Shown piece after piece: positions 16,665-23,730 of a stretch of DNA of 32,000 nt. The translations under genes were made by a program, and so were the position numbers. Source of the DNA: Mycobacterium tuberculosis H37Rv (GTDB lineage Bacteria; Actinomycetota; Actinomycetes; Mycobacteriales; Mycobacteriaceae); contig NC_000962.3 in assembly GCF_000195955.2 (NCBI RefSeq), positions 2,790,001 through 2,822,000 on the forward strand. The letters run 5' to 3'. How positions within the stretch are numbered: the first letter of the stretch is position 1; the number at the start of each line of letters is the position of its first letter. The notes beneath the pieces were generated by a model that saw only the letters and a list, made by a program, of their open reading frames with translations, was not told the origin of the DNA and made no database searches.

Positions 16665-17288
16665 ATGGTCGACACGAGCGCGCCCGCCAGCCGGCTGGAC
16701 ACCGATCCGCGCCGCGCTCATGTGAGTCTTAGTAAGCACCCCTACCAGATTGGAGTTTTCGGGTCCGGAACAATTGGTCCGAGAGTCTACGAACTGGCCT
16801 ATCAAGTCGGTGCCGAGATCGCAAAGCAAGGCCACATTCTCATCAGTGGCGGGATGACTGGCACAATGGAAGCCTCCTCACGGGGTGCGTCGGACGCCGA
16901 CGGCCTTGTCGTCGGCGTCCTGCCGGGCGACAAGTTTACCGATGGCAATGCCTATTCCACGATAAAGATTCTGAGCGGTATGCAGTTTGCTCGTAACTAC
17001 ATAACAGGTTTGAGCTGCCACGGAGCAATTGTCGTCGGCGGCTCGAGCGGCGCCTATGAAGAAGCCCGTCGTGTCTGGGAAGGCCGTGGCCCCGTGGTGG
17101 TTCTAGCGAACAGCGGATCGCCAACGGGTGCGTCTGCGCAAATGCTGTCCATGCAGGAAATCTTTGGGGTCGCCTTTCCGGAGGACAAACCCAAGCCCTG
17201 GCGAGTCTTTTCGGCGGCAACCCCCGCCGAATCGGTGTCGCTTGTCATTGGCCTGATCCGGAAAGGATATGCCCAACATGAGCCGTAG
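16665..17288 (+). CDS. LOG/SLOG-family (TIGR00725-like) Rossmann-fold protein; putative nucleotide N-glycosidase or nucleotide-binding protein
   Basis: ORF 16665..17288 (207 codons). GAGGAG Shine-Dalgarno ends ~7 nt upstream of the ATG. LOG-type motifs ILISGGMTGTMEASSRGA (GGGxGxMG-like), MQFARNYI (Arg of the MHERK region) and AIVVGGSSGAYEEARRV (PGGxGTxxE-like). Low GC relative to flanks. Rv2491 by memory (conserved hypothetical). Confidence 0.85.
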   Translation: MVDTSAPASRLDTDPRRAHVSLSKHPYQIGVFGSGTIGPRVYELAYQVGAEIAKQGHILISGGMTGTMEASSRGASDADGLVVGVLPGDKFTDGNAYSTIKILSGMQFARNYITGLSCHGAIVVGGSSGAYEEARRVWEGRGPVVVLANSGSPTGASAQMLSMQEIFGVAFPEDKPKPWRVFSAATPAESVSLVIGLIRKGYAQHEP

Positions 17289-18030
17289 GATAATTAACGA
17301 GTTCGGAGTACAGATCTACGGGGCCACGATAGGTGACACCTGGGCCGGGCTGGTCAGGGCGGTGCTTGACCTTGGGTCTCAGTGTTTTGACGAAGACCGA
17401 GAGCGTATAGCGCTGTCCAACGTCCGCATCAAGTCTTCGGTGCAGAATTATCCCGATCTCACTATTGAAGAACATTGCAACAGCGCCCAACTAAAGGCCA
17501 TGCTAGATTTCATGTTCAACACCGATACCATGGAGGATATCGATGTGGTCAAGAGCTTCAGTCGTGGCGCAAAAAGCTACCATCGCCGGATAAAAGAAGG
17601 ACGAATGATTGAGTTCGTAATTGAGCGACTGAGTCTAATTCCGGAAAGCAAGAAAGCAGTGGTCGTGTTCCCGACTTACGAGGATTACGCGGCGGTCATG
17701 CGTAATCATCGAGACGATTACTTGCCTTGCCTTGTTTCGATACAGTTCCGCTTGTTGCCAGACGGCAAAGATTACGTCTTCCACACGACGTTCTATTCGC
17801 GGTCCATGGACGCCTGGCAAAAAGGTCACGGCAATCTTTTGTCTATCGCCAAGCTATCGGATTGGGTGCGAGAGAACGTCAGTGCGCGCATTGGGCGCAA
17901 GATCATGCTTGGCCCGCTTGATGGCATGATTTGTGATGTTCATATCTACAAGGAGACGTATGCAGAGGCTTGCAAGCGTTTGGCCAACCTCGACCTTAGG
18001 CGAACACAATTTGACGCGGTGCGGAATTAG
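17278..18030 (+). CDS. Thymidylate synthase / dCMP-hydroxymethylase-fold protein of unknown specificity
   Basis: ORF 17269..18030. ATG 17278 (MSRRIINEF, 250 codons) is favoured because GAAAGGA lies ~10 nt upstream. It overlaps the upstream gene by 11 nt. TS motifs: VLDLGSQCFDEDRER, IPESKKAVVVF, YLPCLVSIQF (nucleophile Cys), YSRSMDAWQKGHGN, ICDVHIY. Low GC, AT-rich codons. Rv2492 by memory (hypothetical). Confidence 0.85.
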   Translation: MSRRIINEFGVQIYGATIGDTWAGLVRAVLDLGSQCFDEDRERIALSNVRIKSSVQNYPDLTIEEHCNSAQLKAMLDFMFNTDTMEDIDVVKSFSRGAKSYHRRIKEGRMIEFVIERLSLIPESKKAVVVFPTYEDYAAVMRNHRDDYLPCLVSIQFRLLPDGKDYVFHTTFYSRSMDAWQKGHGNLLSIAKLSDWVRENVSARIGRKIMLGPLDGMICDVHIYKETYAEACKRLANLDLRRTQFDAVRN

Positions 18031-18052
18031 TGAGGACGCTAAGCCTCCCCAG

Positions 18053-18078
18053 CTGATGCGTTGATGCGCTAGCATCAG
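18053..18078 (+). promoter_or_regulatory. vapBC38 promoter/operator: three TGATGC half-sites overlapping a TAGCAT -10 box placed for a leaderless transcript
   Basis: CTGATGCG(18053-18060) T TGATGCG(18062-18068) cta GCATCAG(18072-18078). This gives the inverted repeat TGATGC-N4-GCATCA plus a direct upstream copy. TAGCAT (18070-18075, fits TANNNT) ends 7 nt before the vapB38 GTG (18083). Confidence 0.5.
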
Positions 18079-18082
18079 GGCT

Positions 18083-18304
18083 GTGCGAACGACACTTGAC
18101 CTTGACGACGATGTGATCGCCGCGGCACGTGAACTTGCCTCCAGCCAGCGCCGCTCGCTCGGCTCGGTGATTTCCGAACTCGCACGCCGTGGTCTCATGC
18201 CCGGACGCGTCGAGGCTGACGACGGGCTGCCGGTGATCCGCGTTCCAGCCGGGACCCCGCCGATCACACCGGAGATGGTCCGTCGCGCGCTCGATGAGGA
18301 CTGA
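18083..18304 (+). CDS. vapB38: VapB-family antitoxin
   Basis: ORF 18083..18304 (73 codons, GTG start). N-terminus MRTTLDLDDDVIAAARELA is typical of VapB antitoxins. It lies directly upstream (5-nt gap) of a PIN-domain gene. Confidence 0.9.
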   Translation: MRTTLDLDDDVIAAARELASSQRRSLGSVISELARRGLMPGRVEADDGLPVIRVPAGTPPITPEMVRRALDED

Positions 18305-18309
18305 CGCGG

Positions 18310-18735
18310 GTGGCGCTGCTCGACGTCAACGCATTGGTCGCGCTGGCGTGGGACTCACACATCCACCACGCCCGGATCCGCGAGTGGTTTACCGCCAACG
18401 CCACGCTCGGCTGGGCGACTTGCCCGCTCACCGAAGCCGGCTTCGTGCGGGTGTCGACGAACCCAAAAGTACTTCCCAGCGCGATCGGGATCGCAGACGC
18501 TCGACGGGTCCTCGTGGCACTACGCGCCGTGGGAGGCCACCGCTTCCTGGCTGACGACGTATCGCTCGTCGATGACGATGTTCCGTTGATCGTCGGTTAT
18601 CGCCAGGTGACCGACGCCCATCTGCTGACACTCGCCCGCCGGCGCGGCGTCCGCCTGGTCACCTTCGACGCCGGTGTCTTCACCCTCGCCCAACAACGCC
18701 CCAAGACGCCAGTGGAGCTGCTGACCATCCTCTAA
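18310..18735 (+). CDS. vapC38: VapC-family PIN-domain ribonuclease toxin
   Basis: ORF 18310..18735 (141 codons, GTG start). PIN acidic residues in expected contexts: LLDVNAL (Asp5), CPLTEAGFVRV (Glu), VTDAHLLTLA (Asp), LVTFDAG (Asp). Confidence 0.9.
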   Translation: MALLDVNALVALAWDSHIHHARIREWFTANATLGWATCPLTEAGFVRVSTNPKVLPSAIGIADARRVLVALRAVGGHRFLADDVSLVDDDVPLIVGYRQVTDAHLLTLARRRGVRLVTFDAGVFTLAQQRPKTPVELLTIL

Positions 18736-18757
18736 CCAAAGCTGCCAGCCCGCCCGG

Positions 18758-19939
18758 CTACAGATCCAACAGCGCGGTCTCCGGCGACTCGATCAGATCC
18801 CGCAGCTCACACATGAACTGGGCCACCTGAGCACCATCGACAACGCGGTGGTCGAACACACAAGTCAACGTCATCGTCGGCCGTGCGACAACCTCGCCGC
18901 CGACGACCACCGGGCGCGGCTTGATCGCCCCCAGACCCAGGATCGCCGCTTCGGGATGGTTGATCACCGGCACGCCGTCGTCGACTCCCAGCGCCCCGAA
19001 GTTCGACACCGTGAACGTCGAACCGCGCAGCTCCGCGGGTGTGAGAGTGCCTTCACGTGCGCCGGTGATTAATTCCGCTACGCGGGAGGCAAGTTCGCGG
19101 GTGTTCTTGTCCTGGGCGTCGGTCACCACCGGCACCAGCAATCCACGCTCAGTGGCCGCGCCGAACCCCAGATGCACACCGCGATGCACGTGTACTTGCG
19201 GGCCTTCGCCCGAGTCGACCCACGTCGAGTTGAGAATTACGTTGTGTTTCAATGCAATAACCAGCAGCCGCAGCGTCAGCGCGAACGGTGTAATCTCGGG
19301 CGCCGCCGAAACGAACCGGTCGCGCAGCCGCAGCAGTTCGGCGCAAATTACCTCAACGCTGGCCTTTGCGGTCGGAATCTCCTTGTGGGACAACGTCATT
19401 TTTTCGGCCATCCGCGCGTGCACGCCGTGGACCGGCCGCACGTCCGGCCCGGCTCCGACGCCGCCTCGAGCAGCGGCCAGCACATCGGCCCGGGTGATCA
19501 CACCGCCGGCGCCCGACCCACGCTGCAATGCGGCCAGGTCGACCGCCAACTCTTTGGCCAGCTTGCGCACTACCGGTGCCGCCAGCGGCCGGCTTGTCCG
19601 TCTACTGGTTTCGATCGCGGTGTCGGCACCGTAGCCGACCAACGTGGGGACCGCTCCTTCACCGTTAGGCTGCGCAACTGCCGTGGGCCCGGTGTCGATC
19701 CGAACTAGCTCCGCGCCCACTTTGAGCACATCGCCTTCGGCGCCGCCTAACTCGACGATCCGGCCGGCATACGGGCTGGGGATTTCGACCTCGGCCTTGG
19801 CGGTCTCCACCGAACACAGCGTCTGGTTGATCTCCACATCGTCGCCGACGGCGACGCTCCAACACGTCACCGTCACTTCCTGCAGTCCCTCGCCGAGGTC
19901 GGGCACCGGGAAAGACCTGATGCTGTCCTCACCGCTCAT
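18758..19939 (-). CDS. bkdC: Branched-chain keto-acid dehydrogenase E2 (dihydrolipoamide acyltransferase)
   Basis: ORF 18758..19996. ATG 19939 ([18 protein letters not shown], 393 codons) overlaps the bkdB stop (ATGA). Lipoyl-lysine motif [15 protein letters not shown]; subunit-binding [18 protein letters not shown]; catalytic FDHRVVDG. Confidence 0.92.
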
Positions 19940-20982
19940 GGCTGACGCAGCACACGTTCGACGCAGTCCAACAGCCGGTCGGGGCCGGGTAACCACAATT
20001 TTTCCAACCGCGCAGGCGGGTAGGGTGTGTCAAAACCGCAGGCACGCAACACCGGAGCCTCCAATTGGTAGAACATCTCTTCCTGGATGCGCGCGGCCAG
20101 ACCGGCACCATAGCCGAGGCTGCGCGGCCCTTCGTGCATCACCACGCAACGCCCGGTGCGCTGGATCGACGCAGCAATGGTGTCGAAGTCCAGCGGCGCC
20201 AACGACCGCAGATCGATAACCTCCAGACTCCAATCATGTTGCTGCTCTGCAGTATCCGCGCTAGACAGGGCGGTGCTCACCAGGTTTCCGTACGTTACCA
20301 CGGTCACATCGGTGCCGGACCGGCGCACCATCGCGTGCCCGATCGGCGGTTCCGGCCGGCTAGTGTCGACCATCCCGCGGCCGTGGTAGCGGCGTTTGGG
20401 CTCCAGATACATCACGGGGTCCGGGCAGGCGATAGCGTGCCGCAGCAGCCAGTAAGCGTCACCGGGTGTCGACGGCACCACCACCTTGAGGCCCGCGGTG
20501 TGCACCCAGTAGGACTCCGTGGAGTCCGAATGATGTTCGGCCGCACCGATACCGCCAAACGAGGGGATCCGGACGGTCACCGGCATGTCCACCTCACCGC
20601 GGGTGCGAGTCCGGTACTTGGCCAGATGGCTCACCACTTGGTCGAAAGCCGGATAGGAAAAGCCGTCGAACTGGATTTCTGGCACCGGCACAAAGCCACG
20701 TAGTGCCAACCCGACGGCTATTCCGATGATCGCGGACTCCGCCAGTGGCGTGTCGAAGCACCGGTCTGCACCGAACGTATCGGCCAGTCCCTCGGTCACC
20801 CGAAACACCCCACCCTCGACCGCGACATCCTCGCCAAACACCAATACCCGCTCGTCGGCGGCCATCGCGTCGTACAGGGCGCGGTTGATCGCCTGGACCA
20901 TGGTCAACGACTGCGTGATGTCGCTCACCGCTACCGCAAGCGTCTCATCCGGCCTGGCCGGACGGTCTGCGATTTGAGTCAT
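19936..20982 (-). CDS. bkdB: Branched-chain keto-acid dehydrogenase E1 beta subunit
   Basis: ORF 19936..21108. ATG 20982 ([11 protein letters not shown], 348 codons) is preceded by GAGGAGG. E1-beta motifs [33 protein letters not shown]. Confidence 0.92.
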
Positions 20983-20992
20983 GCCCGCCTCC

Positions 20993-22096
20993 TCAGTCAG
21001 TCCGCGCCAGTTCGGCACGCAGCTGTTCGCGCTGCGCCTGCAACCCGGGTGTGATTTCGGCGTACACCGTGGTGAACACCTCATCGACGTCGAAGTCAGG
21101 CGCATCAAAGACCGCGTCGCGTAGCTCGGACCGCACGTGTTTTGCCCGAGCCGTCACCTGTTCCTCGAGGCGTTGCGACCACAGGCCCTGATCTTGTAAG
21201 TAAGTGCGATAGCGCGGAATCGGGTCCAGCGTCGCCCAGCGGTCCACCTCCTCCTGGCTGCGGTACCGGGTTGGATCATCGGCGGTGGTGTGCGGACCAA
21301 GACGGTAAGTGACCGCCTCGATCAGCGTTGGACCGTCGCCGGCCCGAGCCCGAGCGGCAGCTTCGGCCATCACCGCATAGCATGCCAGCACGTCGTTGCC
21401 GTCCACCCGGATGCCTGGCATCCCGTAGCCAATCGCCTTGTGCGCGATAGATGGTGCGGCGGTCTGCCTGGATACCGGCATCGAGATTGCCCACTGGTTG
21501 TTCTGCACGTAGAACACGCACGGTGTGGTGAACACCGCCGCGAAATTGAGCGCCTCATGTACGTCGCCCTCGCTGGTGGCGCCGTCGCCCAGAAAGGCCA
21601 CCGTCACGGAGTCCTCGTCCAGGCGTTGCGCGGCCATCGCCGCGCCCACCGCGTGCAAGGTCTGGGTGCCGATGGGAACCGACATCGGTGCACAGCACTT
21701 CGTGGTGAATTGCAGCCCGCCGTGCCAGGTTCCACGCCACGCGACCCCAACATGTCCAGGCGGGATGCCACGCACTAGGTAGACGCCCAATTCTCGGTAT
21801 TGGGGGAACAACCAGTCGGTTTTGCGTAGGCAAGCCGCCGCACCCACCTGCGCGGCTTCCTGCCCGCGACAGGGCGTGTACAACGCCAGCTCCCCCTGGC
21901 GCTGCAGATTGACGAATTCGGTATCCAGCTCGCGGGTGACCACCATCATCTCGTAGAGCCAACGCAGCGTTTCCTCAGGAAGGTCACGGTGGTAGCGGCG
22001 TTCGGCCGTCGGCGTACCGTCCGGGCCGACGAGTTGCACCGGCTCAAGATCGACAGACATCAACATCCCAGATGGCCTCCGAGAACCCTCCCCCAT
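20993..22096 (-). CDS. bkdA: Branched-chain keto-acid dehydrogenase E1 alpha subunit (TPP-dependent)
   Basis: ORF 20993..22096 (367 codons). GAGGAG lies 5 nt upstream of the ATG. TPP-binding motif FLGDGATSEGDVHEALNFAAV...YVQNNQWAIS. Confidence 0.92.
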   Translation of the reverse strand: MGEGSRRPSGMLMSVDLEPVQLVGPDGTPTAERRYHRDLPEETLRWLYEMMVVTRELDTEFVNLQRQGELALYTPCRGQEAAQVGAAACLRKTDWLFPQYRELGVYLVRGIPPGHVGVAWRGTWHGGLQFTTKCCAPMSVPIGTQTLHAVGAAMAAQRLDEDSVTVAFLGDGATSEGDVHEALNFAAVFTTPCVFYVQNNQWAISMPVSRQTAAPSIAHKAIGYGMPGIRVDGNDVLACYAVMAEAAARARAGDGPTLIEAVTYRLGPHTTADDPTRYRSQEEVDRWATLDPIPRYRTYLQDQGLWSQRLEEQVTARAKHVRSELRDAVFDAPDFDVDEVFTTVYAEITPGLQAQREQLRAELARTD

Positions 22097-22354
22097 ACCG
22101 TCTCCTCAGCTCGCGATCACAACGCGGTTACGCGTCAGAAGATGCCGTGCGTTCCATCCTTAGCGTCGGCGCTGGTGGTGCGGCGCTCACAGCACATCCC
22201 GCCTGGGAAACCGCTGCGAGCCGAAGTTGATCGCCGGCCGCACCAAAGCTTCCGCTCGCCGCAACACTGGCGCTTCCTCCATTATGCCCCCAAATGTGAA
22301 GAGTCCGGACCGATCGCGAACGCATCGCAACCGTGTCGCGGGGGATCTGCGCCC

Positions 22355-23176
22355 TCATTCGGAGGTGGCTTCCCCGGCTCGCCGCAACATCGTTTCCGCG
22401 TGCGTGAGCACTGGAGAGTCGACCATCTGGCCTTCGAACGCGAACGCCCCACGCTCGCTTCGCGACGCGGCCAAAACCCGCCGAGCCCAGGCCAGCTTCT
22501 CGTGGCTGGGTCGATAGGCCTTGCGCACCACCGGGATCTGACTCGGGTGAATGCACACGGTCACGTCAAAGCCCACCGCCGCGGCGTCTCTGGCCTCTTC
22601 CTGCAAGCCCTCGACATCGAGGATATCCAGATGTACGGCATCGAGCGCGAGACGGCCGAACGCGGACGCGGCGAGCAGGATGGTCGAGCGGACATGTCGG
22701 GCCACGTCACGATAGGCACCGTCGGCCCGCCGGCTCGAGCTACCGCCAAGGGTGGCGATCAAGTCTTCGGCACCCCACATCATTCCCACGGTGGGATCGG
22801 CCGCGGCGATTTCGGCGGCGCACACGGCACCGCGCGCGGTCTCCACCAGCGCGATGACATCACGCGGCGCAAGCTCGATGACTTGGGCCGCCGATTCGGC
22901 CTTGGGCAGCATCACCGTGGTATAGGCGGTGCCTGCGAGGGCCTCCAGATCGCGGGCCTGATCAGCAGTACCGCCCGCATTGATACGCACCACCGTGCGT
23001 TCCGGGTCCAGCGGGGTGTCCCGCAACGCATTGCGCGCGGCAGGCTTCTGCGCCTCGGCCACGCCGTCCTCGAGGTCGAGAATCACCACGTCGGCCGCGG
23101 CGGCAGCCTTCGCAAAGCGTTCCGGACGATCGGCAGGGCAGAACAGCCACCCCGGACCGGCGGCACGCAGGTTCAT
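22355..23176 (-). CDS. citE: CitE / HpcH-family acyl-CoA lyase (HMG-CoA / citramalyl-CoA lyase type)
   Basis: ORF 22355..23176 (273 codons). CitE-like motifs [44 protein letters not shown]. Start overlaps the upstream stop. Confidence 0.9.
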   Translation of the reverse strand: MNLRAAGPGWLFCPADRPERFAKAAAAADVVILDLEDGVAEAQKPAARNALRDTPLDPERTVVRINAGGTADQARDLEALAGTAYTTVMLPKAESAAQVIELAPRDVIALVETARGAVCAAEIAAADPTVGMMWGAEDLIATLGGSSSRRADGAYRDVARHVRSTILLAASAFGRLALDAVHLDILDVEGLQEEARDAAAVGFDVTVCIHPSQIPVVRKAYRPSHEKLAWARRVLAASRSERGAFAFEGQMVDSPVLTHAETMLRRAGEATSE

Positions 23177-23730
23177 TGCGCCTCCTTAATGGACTGCTTT
23201 TGGACCAGCGTCGTGCGCACCGCGCGGGCCACCACCTCACCGTGCTGGTTGCGGGCGATGTGCTCGAGTGTGACGATGCCCTCGCCGGGCCGGCTTTTCG
23301 ACTCACGTTTACCGGTACAGACGGTCTCTGCATAAAGCGTGTCGCCGTGGAAGACCGGTTTGGGAAACGACACCTCGGAGAAGCCGAGGTTGGCCACGAT
23401 GGTGCCCAACGTCAACTGCGCAACCGACAGACCGACCATCGTCGAGAGAGTGAACATCGAGTTCACCAGCCGCTCGCCCCGAAAACCCGGCTGCTGCCCA
23501 GCCCACGCCGCGTCGAGGTGCAGTGACTGGGTGTTCATCGTCAGCGTGGTGAACAACACGTTGTCGGCCTCGGTGACCGTGCGGCCGGGCCGGTGCAGGT
23601 ATGTGGTGCCGATCTGGAACTCTTCAAACCACAAGCCTCGTTGAAGAATCCTTCTGCCGACTGTGGATCCTGCGACGCGACACGCCGATACGGCGTCGTC
23701 AGATTCACGGTCGCCGGCGTGCTTTGTCAC
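23173..23730 (-). CDS. MaoC-like (hot-dog fold) enoyl-CoA hydratase/dehydratase
   Basis: ORF 23173..23730 (185 codons, GTG start overlapping the fadE19 stop as GTGA). Hydratase-2-like segment [23 protein letters not shown]. Rv2499c by memory. Confidence 0.88.
   Translation of the reverse strand: MTKHAGDRESDDAVSACRVAGSTVGRRILQRGLWFEEFQIGTTYLHRPGRTVTEADNVLFTTLTMNTQSLHLDAAWAGQQPGFRGERLVNSMFTLSTMVGLSVAQLTLGTIVANLGFSEVSFPKPVFHGDTLYAETVCTGKRESKSRPGEGIVTLEHIARNQHGEVVARAVRTTLVQKQSIKEAQ

Noticed and set aside
16540-18060. Transposase, integrase, inverted terminal repeats or direct repeats flanking the low-GC cassette
   Set aside because: None was found by eye. ATTAACGA occurs at about 16634 and 17292, but the second copy is inside the TS-fold gene, so it is not a flanking repeat. 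The horizontal-transfer inference rests on composition only.
22128-22556. 142-codon minus-strand ORF spanning the citE 3' end and the citE-bkdA gap
   Set aside because: It overlaps citE out of frame for 200 bp and has no motifs or start signal. The gap is better treated as a non-coding regulatory spacer.
21989-23335. 448-codon plus-strand ORF, and similar long antisense ORFs 23601..24875 (424 aa), 27314..28510 (398 aa), 19644..20219 and 9528..10445
   Set aside because: Each lies antisense to a minus-strand gene with unambiguous enzyme motifs. Their products are Arg/Gly/His-rich with no motifs, which is typical of high-GC shadow ORFs.
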